Shown piece after piece: positions 25,740 to 40,717 of a stretch of DNA of 64,000 nt; the first letter of the stretch is position 1; each line of letters starts with the position of its first letter. Below the pieces are notes generated by a model. That model was given only the letters and a program-made list of their open reading frames with translations, ran no database searches and was not told the origin of the DNA. This DNA is from Octopus vulgaris (taxonomy: Eukaryota). A program made the translations under genes and the position numbers. The DNA lies in contig OX597823.1 of NCBI GenBank assembly GCA_951406725.2, forward strand, positions 93,372,001 to 93,436,000, given 5' to 3'.

Positions 25740-26312
25740 TTCACAACCCCAAGAAAGGCCGAAATCATGTAATCCGGCACCTCCGGCGGCTGTAGCTGAC
25801 GCTTAACGCCCGTCACCGATATAAACGCGGATTCGTTTTCTGTACCACAAGTCCATATGACGGGTTCTCTCGTGGTAAAGAACGCAGCATCCTTTGTTCT
25901 AACACAACATCAAATTTAAGTTTGAGATAAATATTATCTTTTTTGTAATAATATTGCTTTTGTCGCTATTGATTATTTTTAATAAGCCCAATTGCTACTT
26001 GAGAGTCCAGTGTCTGATTCTGAATACATACTGAGATTCTGTATATCACTGACGGATTAATTGACAACTGTATCAAGCTGGATATCTGTCATTGACAGGT
26101 CCAAAGAAGGACGAAATCACGTGACCTGGTATTGCTGGCGGCTATAGCGTACAACATCCCCTGTCACCGTTATAAACACCACGAGGCCATATTAGAAATC
26201 CTCTCTAAATAAAAATCGCAGTATTCTGTATTCTAGCACAACATTCACTTTAAGCATTAGATAAATGTCATCTTTTGGTTTTAATACTGGTTTTGTTCCT
26301 ACTAATTATTTT
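25740..26312. repeat. Old tandem duplication of a unit of about 350 bp (two diverged copies)
   Basis: 25749-25980 versus 26101-26312: aagg.cgaaatca.gt.a.c.gg....c.ggcggct.tagc, gtcaccg.tataaac, ttcta.cacaacat, agataaat.t.atctttt. Confidence 0.7.
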
Positions 26313-27084
26313 GTAAATATTATATTATCCATGGGACGAGTCTTTAAAGTCGACAAAGTGGAATTCGGTTATTTCTCGCATTAGAATATGCCCCATAAAA
26401 GTTCCTTTAGTGCCTTTCTTCATTTTTGATATTGTTTTATCTTAGATCAAATTTGATCCGCCAAACATGTCATGGACATTTGTCCATTAGTAAACGCTCT
26501 GTGCGGCTTAAATTGTATCAAGGACCAATACAACTTACATGTACTTTATATATGTTCACAGTGTTAGAGTTGTTATTATAATTAAGATATGTCTGGATAT
26601 TAGTTCCTAAAGCTAGAGGGGCCATGTGGAATTTCATTTGTTTTATCGTCTTTTAATGGTTTCTATGAATAAGATATACAACAATAATATCCCACTTCAC
26701 AGATTTTGTCATAAAACTTGCAACTTTCAGCTGTGCTAAAGACACCCAAGAACTAAGTTAAGTCTAGCACCAGAAAAAAGTTAATTGTACTTCTCATAGG
26801 CATCTCCATAGATTCTGCCAAGAGAATTGCAGTTATGTCTCTATATTTGATCTAGGAGTATGTTTCAAGTCACTTGTTCAACGTGACGCAGAGTAACCCT
26901 GAAAATCAAAATCTTATAGGCATAAATCGAACGGTTTAACTACCCAGCTGTATGTGTGTCCCACGCTAAAAGGAAGGTAATCTTCGAGTTAGTGAAATTG
27001 ATAATTTTAGCAGTTTTGTTTGTTTAATATCACTAATAACATCAGGGATAGTACGGGTCTCTGTAATCTTATTGCATGCGTAAG

Positions 27085-27320
27085 AAATTAGCAAAAACAA
27101 ATAAATACGTAAAGATCGCTTGCGTACGTGATAAATTAAGAAAAAACATATAGATAAGTAAAAACCTCTTCTGTACGTGATGAATTGAGAGAAAACAAAT
27201 AGAAGCGTAAACAGTGCTTGCTTCCGTGATAAATTAAGGAAAAAAATACTAGATATGTAAGGACCGCTTGCGTACGTGATAAATTAAGCAAAACAAATAT
27301 ATAGGTAAAGATCACTTTTC
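27085..27320. repeat. About 49-bp tandem repeat, around 5 copies
   Basis: Recurring cgtgataaattaag.aaaa...ata.atacgtaaagatcgcttgcgta. Confidence 0.85.
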
Positions 27321-27992
27321 CAAAGAGATAGGCAAGCAGCAATTTGTTAGTTTTATTCAAAATATATTTATGTTTGAAGTGTTACTAATACAGCCAAATA
27401 ACAAGGCAAATGGTTTGTGGTTTGAACCTCATTATCATGACACCGCACTATTATATATTTCTTTACCACCCACAAGGGGATAAACACAGAGGGGACAAAC
27501 AAGTACAGACAAACGGATTAAGTCGATTATATCGACCGCAGTGCGTAACTGGTACTTAATTTATCGACCCCCGAAAGGATAAAAGGCAAAGTCGACCTCG
27601 GCGGAATTTGAACTCAGAACATAACGGCAGACGAAATACTGCTACGCATTTCGCCCGGCGTGCTGAATATTTGTTTTTAGTTAGAGCAATTAGCTGCGCC
27701 AACCCTTGGTCCCCTGGTTCGATTATGATATCTATTTTGAAACAACTTTCAGGTGTCTATTTTCAGAGGAATACAACTTAATACAAACTAAATGAATTAT
27801 ACTGGAAACGAAAGACATTCCATTTTCCTGATTTATGTGAATCGTATAATCCTACACTCCAGTCGAGAATCATACTGTCGAGTCGAGCCGTTGTTGACTT
27901 CCCTCTCGCAGAACAACCCATCCCTAAACATGACAATTTTACTGCCCCATATTCTAGAAGAGGTTTTTTTCTTCCTATATCAAGACTAAACA

Positions 27993-28896
27993 CAGAGTGA
28001 CCCAAAGTCACTAGACCACTTCAAAATATTATAACCCTTTATTTATCAAATATTCACATTTATTCTTTTATAAACTATAAATACACATTTTTGGAAAACA
28101 TTTTCAAATCGTTTTAGAAATGATGTCCTTTCAAATAGTTATCATTTCATTCTTGAAAATGGTGAGCGCCTGCTACGGAGTGTTCTATTACCGTCTGTAA
28201 TGTTTCTTGGTTTATTCATCCAATTCCTTCGCCTTCAATTGCTGAATGGTCCCTGGTTTTTTTTATGATATATTCTGTCGTTCAGATATTCCCCTTCGAG
28301 AAAACTCTGGAGCCATTAAATAAAGTGACTTGAAGACCAATTGAATTTGCAATTTCTTGATCAGGGTAATAATCATGATCTCACCTAATAATCTACTGGC
28401 TTCAGTTCCTGTACTAGCTATACTTTATATGGGATTAACTTTAGCATCCTTTATTCTTTAAATCCTCTATAGTGAACTTCAGTATAAGTCCAGCCGCTGG
28501 GACTGCCTTTGGGTTGATGCTGGGCCTCGTTTTCAATGATCTATTGTACAGGTTGAATGTTGTCCTGAGATCTCCCTGAATGTGGCCTTCCCATGTATGA
28601 TAAATCAGTCACATCGCCATGTTGTTCAAGCTACTGGAATAAGTTGAGTATTGCTTGTCTAGATGACGGTTAACGGAGCTGAAAATGACGAATGACAACA
28701 CTTTGAATTAGCAGAATTTCTCATTGAGTTTTGTAGATAAAATTTGATTATTTTTTTCTGTTGCTCTATTTTGAAGTTTTCTATTACTATTTTCCAATAA
28801 TTATATGTCAATAACTTGAATAAAAAGCAAAAATTTAATTAATTGTAGAAACTTTATGATTGTTTAAAGTGGTCTAGTGACTTTTGGACCTTCCTG
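27993..28896 (-). mobile_element. Tc1/mariner-superfamily DNA transposon relic with TIRs
   Basis: TIRs cagagtgacccaaagtcactagaccactt / aagtggtctagtgacttttggaccttcctg followed by ta; decayed minus-strand GYLNDRIYHKKPGTIQQLK resembles the WGYLKxxVY region of these transposases. Confidence 0.8.
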
Positions 28897-29726
28897 TAGT
28901 AACAATTTATCGTTTCAGAGACATCTTAAACAGAGATTAAGTGTGTGAACTGATATCACGTGATGAAGGCACTCCAAACGAAAAATATGAAACACACTAA
29001 CGGATTAATTCACACATAGATACAACATTAATAAATGAAAAACTGATACAACCAATTTGACATGCCGTAATGCATCCCAAAGTGATTTAGTCCAACTTCA
29101 TCGTAATTTCTTAGTTCTAACGATATATATCATACGTTCATAACGTGAAGATTTTCAGAATATTTGCCGAACAATAATTCACTCTAGGTGTCAGGATTTA
29201 TATAACCCCTACCAAAATCAGTGACATTCAGTTCTTCGCTTCTACTTCACACAAAGCTAATATTTGTTACCATGTTACACGTCCATTTCTGCATAAATGA
29301 ATTTTGATCTTGTGAAGACTTAAACATGTCTGCATAAAATGCGGTGAGAGTTTCATCTTCAGATACTCAGGTGGGACACTAAAATATTACATAGAATACA
29401 CAGACTCTTATAATATTCGGAATCAAACGATTGTAGAGTATTTTATACACACACAATTATTAGCAGAAATAGCAGCGACATCTATCTCCCAACGTTCCAT
29501 AATGGCTTAATCTGAAATGAGCATAAGATAATCTAATCTTGATTATTAATAGATATGAACAAAAGTTAAAGGAAGATAATCATTGCGACAAGGCTTTTAA
29601 TCCTAGGTCCGTTATATCTGGGTTGAGTTAACGAAAAACTAGTACATATTTAAAAAGAAAAACTGTAGTGTTATAGTTTAATCAATTAAGATGAGTACGG
29701 TTATCGCTAATTTGTAATTGTAGAGA

Positions 29727-30135
29727 AGGCGTAGGCATGGATGCGTGGTTAAGGAACTCACTTTGAAACCAATGGATTTTAGGTTCATCCCCTGGAGCGG
29801 TGCCTGGATTCGTCCGATGCCCGGTGAGTGAAATTGTGCAGCACCCGTTCTACATACATTCATATATACATATACACATGTACGTACGTGCGTCTGTATG
29901 TATGTATGCATGCATGTATGTGCGTGTGTGTCTCTGCATTTGTTTACTGTTTCTCCTCACACACTTGACAACAGGTGTTGATTTGTTTATATTTTTGTAA
30001 CCAAGCGGTTCGACAAAAGTTAGCGATAGAATAAAATACTGGGTATAAAATATGAACAGATGTCTATTCGTTCGACTATAACCTTGAATGCTGTACTCCG
30101 GCATGGCCGCGCTCCAATGAATGAAACAAGTGAAA
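29727..30135 (+). mobile_element. SINE family A, diverged
   Basis: aggcgtaggcatggatgcgtggttaag head ... cttgacaac.ggtgttg ... gcatggccgc ... aatgaatgaaacaagt tail. Confidence 0.75.
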
Positions 30136-30969
30136 AAAGAAGCATTAGGATATATTTTAATATGTGGGGGAGTATTTCTTACAAAGAAAATAATTATTCG
30201 ATACATGAACCAGTTTTAGGCCAGGATCCAAGTTAAATAAAATCACTAAAAGAAGCGATTCATGGCTGTCAGGCATTTAATGCTGTTAGCGGCCGGAATC
30301 GGGATATTTGCGGACGGAACACGAACGCAGGAATATAACGTGAATCAAACGGCCAAAGTAAACACAACCAAAACACATGTCTATTGAGCCGCCACTAAAA
30401 CACCATTGTTGCAAAGGATGACGTCTACTTTAACAAAATGTTGCGTTTAGTTATTCCCTATTGACAATGAAACTAAACACAGCACCACTAAAAACCGATC
30501 AGAGATAAAAAAAACAAAACAACACAAATTTAATAACAACAAAAATCATCTCATCATAATTGCTTGATTAACGATTCCAGAATCCATATTTCAACTCTGA
30601 AACAGCTTGTGTTTGTTTACACTTTTCGCTTTTAACGATCTCGTTTAAATTTCATTCAGTTATTATTTTTATTTTATATTTAGTAAATAATTGTGTAAAT
30701 TTATTGATATATTTTGATTTAATTTTTGCCATCCCTTCATATTTTTCAGCTTTTATTGTTTATCACCATCACAATCATCATGATCATCATCATGATCATC
30801 ATCATTATTATGAGTATTATCAATACACTTATAGTAATTATTATTATTATTAATATTATTATTATTATTATTATTATTATTAGTATTATCATTACACTTA
30901 TAGTAATTAGTATTATCATAATTATCATTATCATTATCATCATCATCATCATCATCATCAACATCATCA

Positions 30970-31006
<37 letters not shown>

Positions 31007-31177
31007 GACGATGATGATGATGATGATGAAAATTCAGACTTCCGTTTTATTAAATACGTTTTGTGTTTGATTTTCATGGAAATTTCTATTACAACTTGCA
31101 GCACCACGTGCAAAACAACATACACCAATCATCACTTGAAAGCCAATTATCTCCTCACTACCCCGTCATTAAACACG

Positions 31178-31251
<74 letters not shown>

Positions 31252-32678
31252 CATACACATATATATATATATTATATTATATATTATATTATATTATATT
31301 ATATTTCACTATTTTCTTGTTATTCTTTTACAGTTGATTTCCATTGATAAATTTCCATTAATTGTTCACCAATCACTTTGAAGAAATCATCCATGCTAAT
31401 GACCAGCATATTTAATATCGCTCTTCAAACGTAGATTTTGTTGTTGTTGTTGGAGTTGATGTTTTTTTGTTGCTCTTATTCTAGTAGTTTGCTTCTTCTA
31501 CTATTTTTACTCCTATATTTATGAATAAATAGTTTTCCTCATTTAATATCTAAATTTACCTTGATAGTTGTAAGGACTTCGGTTTGTTTTCTGATAGTGC
31601 TAAATATCAAAGGATTTTCTGTCAGTTCTTTTAGAGACATGTTGATTTAATTTACATCAATGGGGTTTTGGCCATTAATAACCCAGTCCATGTCTACACT
31701 TAATAGCGCTAGCTGTCTTTAAAATTACTTTCTTGAACAGTATACCCTACTTGAACAGGGAGTTGTTGTTTGCCGAATAATATTCGGGGCCGGCGGTGTG
31801 CCTTGTAAGATATTGTAGGGATTTCCTCAAGTACTGCCTGATTATTATGTTTAAAATTTTTTTTTAATCCCTTCTTTAGAATTTTGAATAAAATTGGACC
31901 AATTGAGTTACGAAAAGAGTTATTTTACAGTTCTTTTATGAGATGGGTTTTTTGTGGAGACTGCAAGGCATATGTACCCAAATTTGAGTAACTTTCGAAC
32001 ATTGTTCGCACCATGTGGATGGTCTATTTTTACTTTCTATGAATACTGTGTAACAGCTTGACGAGTGGTTAGGGTAACGCACTCAAAATCACCAGAATGT
32101 AAGTTCGATTCCCACACCAAGTAAGGCATTTTCTTCTTAATCAAAATATTTTATGTCACATTGGTCCAGTCCTCACAGCTATAGCTGGGTGTCCCTGCGA
32201 TAGACAAACCTTCCGATCAAAGGCAATGTTGGCTTGCGCACCTTGCCAGCTAGACGACGTCATTCGGAAGCCAAAACGATGTGAAGCATATTGTGACCAG
32301 TGACGTATAACGGCATCCGATAGTCTATTAAACAGATGAATGATGTAATGTACTTGGTGGCTTTGGGCAGATTAGTGACCCTGCTTTTAGAGATGATCCC
32401 AATAATCAAGTCACGCCAATTACATATTTATTCATCGTTATGGATTTTTGGGATATTACCATCACATGGTTCCCAACCACATGGTTGGTGTTCAGTCTCA
32501 CTGCATGCCACGAAACTTTTATTTTAGCCTCGGAGTGATCAAACCGTTGTGAGTGGATTTGGTAGACGGAAATTAAAGAAGCCCGTATAATCAACGCTTC
32601 ACGACCGTTGCTGGTGTGTTTACATCCCCATAGCATAGCGAATCCGGAAAAGAGGACAAAACAATACGCAATAGGCTT

Positions 32679-32679
<1 letters not shown>

Positions 32680-32747
<68 letters not shown>

Positions 32748-32898
32748 AATAATAATAATAATGGTAATAATAATAATGATAATAATAATAATAATGATAA
32801 TAATAATAATGAAAATAACAACAATAATGATAATAATGATAATAATAATAATAATACTAATAATAATGATAATAATAATAATGATAATAAAAATAATG

Positions 32899-32938
<40 letters not shown>

Positions 32939-32970
32939 TAATAATAATAATAATAATAATGATCATAATG

Positions 32971-33049
<79 letters not shown>

Positions 33050-33067
33050 CGATAATAATAACATTAA

Positions 33068-33101
<34 letters not shown>

Positions 33102-33102
33102 G

Positions 33103-33164
<62 letters not shown>

Positions 33165-33165
33165 G

Positions 33166-33239
<74 letters not shown>
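32680..33239. repeat. (AAT)n tract switching to (ATT)n
   Basis: Strand polarity flips at about 33065. Confidence 0.95.
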
Positions 33240-33776
33240 GAGTGAGAGAGCAGTGCATGCCATGAAAGTGACACTGGGGTACAAATATACGAAGCCCAGT
33301 ATACCCATCATGACTACCCGTCTGATAAGGGTACTCTAGGCACATGCATCACAACCATATGTGCGCGACATGGTGATCTCATATCAAGATAAACAGCACA
33401 TGACCTTGTATTTGGGGCCCAGCTAGAATTTTCTTCTGGTCGAGTAAACCATCTCACTCAAAAGGTTCCTGGATAAGGGTTGTTTAAGGATGTTGAAAGA
33501 AACACCTATTTTTCCAGAGGTGAATTATACAAACCCCAAAAAATCCTTCTCAACACATGGCTACTTCTGCTCGTGATCTGAGATGCACATATCGTCAGCC
33601 AGTAAGGGACATGCTCAACTGGTTAAGGGCAAACAACTGACAACCAAATCTGGTATTGAGCCGAATATTTGCTGTAGCCCATCTTTTATACCAAGATAAA
33701 ACAATATACATGATAACACTTCAAATCTGTTAAGATCAGGAGCCATGAAAGCCACTGCCTGGTACTACATCGGGGC

Positions 33777-33780
<4 letters not shown>
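33240..33780 (-). mobile_element. Non-autonomous R4/Dong-related element inserted in (TTA)n
   Basis: 33510-33780 is the reverse-complement homologue of 63226-63504; flanked on both sides by (TTA)n. Confidence 0.7.
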
Positions 33781-33848
<68 letters not shown>

Positions 33849-34893
33849 TGAAGTCGCTTCTTTCGACTAAAACTTTTCAAATCGGTTCCCCCAGACTGGC
33901 CGCAGTGTAATGAGTGAAAACAAGTAAAAAATAAATAATAACACCACTGTTTCCCCCACGTTCATCAGCGCCACTAAAAATCCCCTGTGACTACATCATC
34001 ACTGACACGAAGCACCGCACAGCAGCCTCACAACGGCCATCTCCATCAATGCTAAACCAACAGACTGCTTTCGTCACTAGAAACACCAGAGCTTCTGTCA
34101 CCGAAATCAATAGCACCATTATCAGAATAATCAATAGTGCCAACACTACCACCTCCAATATCGCCAACACCTTTATAACTACTCATAGAAAAGAATAATA
34201 AATGTTATACAAAAAAAACAACCACTCCTTGTACCACCACCAGCAACAACAACAACAACAACGCCAGCATCGTCGTTTACTACTTGTATTAACACTGGCA
34301 CATACACCAATAAAACAACCACCGCAGGTACTGCAACGAGTACCACGTTTGCTACTAGAACTAACGCTAATAGAACAACGAGAATCACCTACAAACTTAT
34401 TGACAACCATACAATAACCAGCACCATTATCTTCATAACTAACACCGCAGCGAATACAATAATAACATAAACTAATGATAAAATATAAAAAACAACAACA
34501 GCGGGAAAATTAAGCAGAAAATAAATAAGAATAAAGAGAAAAATTATAGAAAAGATCAAAAACCAAAATTGAACCAAAATATACAAAGAATGAATTGGCG
34601 ACAGTAAAAATGGTGGGTATTTAATGTATTCGAATGAAATCTAAAAGCTTTTAGTTCGGAGAGATGAAAAAAATAATAATAATAAAAATTGATTAAAAAA
34701 ATGAATGTAACAAGAATATAATATAAATAAATATCAACATGAAATAAACGGAGATATAAAAATCATATAAATGGAATGGAGCATATATATTTATATATAT
34801 ATATGTTTGTGTGTGTGTGTGCGTGCGTTTATATATATATTGTGAGTGTATGGAGACACACACATATATGAGAAATTATACGTATATAATGGC

Positions 34894-34938
<45 letters not shown>

Positions 34939-34988
34939 AAGTATTATTTATGGTTGGTTGTTCATATATATATAAATATATGCATACG

Positions 34989-35033
<45 letters not shown>

Positions 35034-35246
35034 CGTCAATGTATATATGATTGTGTATTCAAAAACAATAATTAAAATATATTTGCAAAATAAATAAGAA
35101 AATAAAAAACAGGACGTAAAATGAAAGTGGAACCCAAAGTAGTGAAGATTGAAGCAAAATCATAATAATCCGAAATCAAATATCGAAACTCTTATTTAAA
35201 TATCGCTACATTCATACACAGATTTCAATAGGTTTCTCTGTACACA

Positions 35247-35304
<58 letters not shown>

Positions 35305-35442
35305 AACATAGGACCACACACGCTTTCTCTTATATATTTATGTACATGCCTATTCAGGCACACGCGAATGTCTGTATGAACTCAGTCAAAACTTAATATT
35401 TTTTACTCTTTATATATATATCTGCATATATATTTATATATA

Positions 35443-35554
<112 letters not shown>

Positions 35555-35843
35555 CACAATTAAAACAGTGCTTGTGCATAGTGTATTCACACGTACGGTC
35601 TCAATTATTCACATCTTAATAACACTTTATCTATATATTTATACTTATATGCCTAAATGTGTGTATGTATGTTTATAGGTGTGTTTGCGTGTGTGTGTAC
35701 ATGTATATATACATGAATAGTTATTCGTGAGCGCGCATGCTCACACCCACCAATTCACGCACACTCACACACACACGCACATCTCTTTCTCTCTCTCTCT
35801 GTCTCTCTCTGTCTCTCTCTTTCTCTCTCTCTGTCTCTCTCTT

Positions 35844-35883
<40 letters not shown>

Positions 35884-35980
35884 CGTGTGAAAGAAAACAT
35901 GCAGGAATGATAAAATACACATCCAACATCACATCACCACATACGGTGCCAATAATGGTCTCTCCAAGAATTAAGAACTC

Positions 35981-36033
<53 letters not shown>

Positions 36034-36368
36034 TGCACACACACATTGAGTTATACGCACATATATACAAATGCACGCAGAAAGAGAAACGCGCGCGCAC
36101 ACTGCTGCTCTCACTCCTTTATAGAGGGACATCGACGCATGTACAAAGTCTAAACACGGGCTTGCACATGCAGAGACACATGTCCGCAGCCTCCGACTCT
36201 CGCAGTCTCGCGTTCAGTCATACGTAGTACAGAATAAACGCACTTGTTGATATACGCACTGTAATTATACATTTATACTTAATCGAATTAACTCTACTAT
36301 ACGCACGAACTCAAACGAGCACCTGCTCTCTCCCTCTCTCACTTTCTCTCTATCTGTCTCTCTCTCTC

Positions 36369-36414
<46 letters not shown>

Positions 36415-36861
36415 AATCTATCTATCTACCTGTCTATCTCGCTACCTATGTGTATCTCTCACTGAAACAAACTCTCATACAGAAATATACGTATAAGCTT
36501 ATACATAGACAATCCCAGGAAGTGTCACATACATGTATCTATACATACATGTAATGACACAGCAAGCAGTACATACACACACACACACGCGCGCAGAAAG
36601 GCATGTTAGCATAAGCACATACACGTACGCACGTACACTCGCACACTTGCACACATTTGTTTTTAATTATCTGACGCATACACAATAAATGGACATAGGT
36701 TTGGAGAGGTAGACTACTAAAGATAACCTCTCATGCCTGTATGCAGCATGCATATAAGATTACAGAATTATACTTATATATAAGTGCTATTAAGTTAGAC
36801 ATGGCCTGGGCCAGTAATGGTCGAAACCTATCAAAGTATCAAAGTATAGCCATGTATCATG

Positions 36862-36905
<44 letters not shown>

Positions 36906-36953
36906 CTTATATATATATATATACATACATATATATATATACATACATATATG

Positions 36954-37024
<71 letters not shown>

Positions 37025-37548
37025 GTATATATACATATATATACATACTACACAGACACAGATATGGATCAAAACAGTTTTATTCAAATTCGTTGGTACT
37101 CCGATAGTTTCGAGCATGATGCTAATCTTCAGCCAGTTTGAATTTGAATCTTTTATGTGTGTGTATGTATGTATATATATATATATAATTTATATATACA
37201 TATACATTATGTACACAGTAACCCATTAATTTGTTCCTATTAACGTAATACTTTACGCATCCATTCTGCTAATGCTCCGTCTTTTTTTTCATTTTTAGCC
37301 CACTCTTTCAGAGATTCGTGAATGGGTTAAGATTCTATTACGTAAACAATCTCCGCCTTCAATACGAAAGTTTAGGGAAAATCTTAAAAAATATCCTAAG
37401 AATCAATCATTGCATAGAAATATTAACTGATTGGAAAATGTTTTAGATTGTATGAAAATAAACTTCCTTCTCAACGCTACGTGCAAGTATATGTATGGGT
37501 ACATATTCCTGTATGTATGTGTATATGTATGTGTGCGTGTGTGTGTAT

Positions 37549-37597
<49 letters not shown>

Positions 37598-37807
37598 CAA
37601 ATAAGACAAATAAGGATTTCAGCACATCTTTAGTGGCCAGTTATATTTCTTTGGGTACCACACCGATTTCAACGCCATTGCATGAAACGTTACACATAAA
37701 ACTTTATAAAATTCATAGTGTTATACCATAAAACTTTTTGCTTTGCCACCTTATATGGACTATCCTTTACACTTTGTTAGCCCCACAGATGCGAAGATTT
37801 TCGAATG

Positions 37808-37911
<104 letters not shown>

Positions 37912-37914
37912 GTA

Positions 37915-37979
<65 letters not shown>

Positions 37980-38156
37980 TGTGGTTTAGTTCCCAGGCAA
38001 TCTAAGCGAATACATCCGCTAGATGAGTGCTGTAACAGATTGGTAGGGCTCCAAAGTTATAGCCGAGACGGTAGTTATAGAGCCATTACAGATTTCCGAT
38101 GCAGCGGATATATAATTGACTGTTAAAGAGGACAATAAACATTAAATATCCGCTAC

Positions 38157-38222
<66 letters not shown>

Positions 38223-38469
38223 TATATATATGAGGTTGAAGGACTGCCTCAGATTTACTCTGACACAGACATGAATTTCAGTCGTTTATTGGGTGAGGGA
38301 GCACAGTCACAAACCGAGATGGATGGAGGACGAGTGCACAGCTTCTACGTCAATGAACTATCTTTGTTTCTGCAAATTGATTTTATATCTTCTACGGATT
38401 GCTCAAAACTTACTAATTTCCTCACCTTCATCTTTGGAGCTTACCTTTACATGCATACATTTATATAGG

Positions 38470-38520
<51 letters not shown>

Positions 38521-38522
<2 letters not shown>

Positions 38523-38717
38523 CGGGAAGGTTTACGAAAATAAACAAAAGACGAAGGCAGGTGGAGTACAAACAAATAATGTATTAGTATGGCGCTGAGG
38601 AATAGAAATAAAACAAGTCTTTTACGTTTCGAGCCTACGCTCTTCGACAGAAAGATACACAGGAAAGAAACAAGGAGAGAAAAAATTGCGTGTAGGGGCT
38701 AATGATCCAACATGGCG
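38521..38717 (-). mobile_element. Short Penelope-type 3' terminal (pLTR) fragment next to (TA)n with a decayed hammerhead
   Basis: Minus strand tcttt CTGTCGA a gagc-gtag-gctc GAAA cg TA aaaga; homologous to 44996-45197 and 54719-54910. Confidence 0.7.
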
Positions 38718-38883
38718 TTATATACATAACATAGTTATATACGATCCAACATGGCGTCATATACATAACTTAGTAAGCACATAAATATGAGACAAGTTGG
38801 AGAAAATAATACTTGAATACTAGAAGTAGATTACTATGCAAAAACAGTTTTTGTGATGTCTTTGCTGCTTTATTAATAGAGTA

Positions 38884-38979
<96 letters not shown>

Positions 38980-39852
38980 TAGAGTGAGAGATGCTTTAAA
39001 GCGTAGTACAAATGTTGGTTTAAAGTTTTGTCCCCAAGAACAACTGAGTTTAGAGGAAGGGCTTAGTCGATTGGATCCATCCCACTGTCAAATGGTACTT
39101 ATTATATCGAACCCGAAAGGATGAAAGGTAAAGTCGATCCCGGCGTAATTGAACTCCGAACCTAAAGACGGACGAAATGCAGCTAAGTGTTCGCCAGGAA
39201 ACACAGATATTTCTAACACGTTAATTGAGATAGAGTTCAATAAGTAAATTCGATATAAATATTTATTTCACAATTGATTTTAAAACATTCAAGAATCCAA
39301 ATTCTGATATATCTAAATTTTCCAAGTATGGCTTTAACAGAAGTAACAACTTATATTTTATAGATAAGCCACGCCTCTCGATTAGTAATTAGACATTAAT
39401 TGTTGCAAACACTTTTAAGATACTTCTAATTAAACGAATAAATTAATGGCATTAAAATTAAATAAATGAATGAAGTCTGATAATAAAACAAAAATTATTC
39501 TACTACTGTTTTTAATTGTTATAGGTGTTTAATTATTTGAAGAAGTTTAATCTGCTGCAGCTTGTTTACTAAGTCTTCTGTAACCTCGAAAATAGTTTAA
39601 TATTGTGTAATCGAAATACGAGAGTAGAAAAACAGCCAACAACTGATGAAGGGTCATTCTTTATGTGGTTTGCTTTGTTTTCTATTTGAGTCTTTCCTTG
39701 TTCGAAAGAATAGTTCATGTTCCATGTACTCATGCTTCGTATTTTTTGTACACGTTTCACGACGTCCTGTGTCCATGAATGCTTATATACATACGTATAG
39801 ATATATGTACATATAGTATGTAAATATGTATATATGCATATATCTATATATG

Positions 39853-39933
<81 letters not shown>

Positions 39934-40676
39934 TATACTATTTATATTACTATTATAATAGGGGTGGGATTTCTTCTATTTGCCGGTTGGCTGTTCTGCT
40001 TTATGTTGCTGATTTCCCGGTTTCATAGAAGGTGTCGAGTTTATTATTATTTATCGAGGCTATGATAGTAGCTACGTTATTAGTCAGTCTATGGCCTACT
40101 GTGATTTTATTCCTAAATATTGCTGCATATTTGTTATTTATGTTCAGATGTTTATCTATGAGTCTCATTATGGAGCGAACTGAATAACCATGAGATGTCA
40201 TCTCCAACTAACTTATATTCTTCATCCACACCACAACGGACGTAACGAACTGTGAACCCAACTAGAAATGTAAGACACTCGATCTTTGACCTTCTCTTTC
40301 CCGATGTAAATTTTGATCTTTCACTCATCTTCTCTCTACCCCTGACTTCTTTCTTGTGAAAATGTCTAACATTGGCAACGAAGCAAAAATATAAATATAT
40401 ATTTTCCTCACCATGGTAAACAGAAACTATCGTAAACAACTTCACTCTCACTCTCGCATTTATTTACTAATTAAATAGTGTCTTACTAGCGCAAAAGACA
40501 CAACTCTGTTATTTTTCCCCCATTCTCTTCTCGTCTATATAAATTAAACTACGGTTACCTGGTAAATTACCTGCTACCGTATACCCTTTACCAAAGAATA
40601 TACCTACTGCGGTAATTACGAGAGGTGCCTTTGGATATATCTATCCGTTAGAGGCTTAAACACCTTTAACGTATAC

Positions 40677-40712
<36 letters not shown>

Positions 40713-40717
<5 letters not shown>

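Noticed and set aside
30262-30387. Short + strand ORF MAVRHLMLLAAGIGIFADG... resembling a signal peptide
   Set aside because: Only 41 codons, with no convincing splice donor or other support
33735-33780. Possible HDV-like ribozyme at the 5' end of the Dong-related element
   Set aside because: Plausible from what is known of the clade, but the nested double pseudoknot could not be assigned by eye
33940-34520. Thr/Asn/Gln-rich stretch resembling a mucin-like coding region
   Set aside because: Degenerate (ACC/AAC/AAT) low-complexity sequence with stops and no splice support
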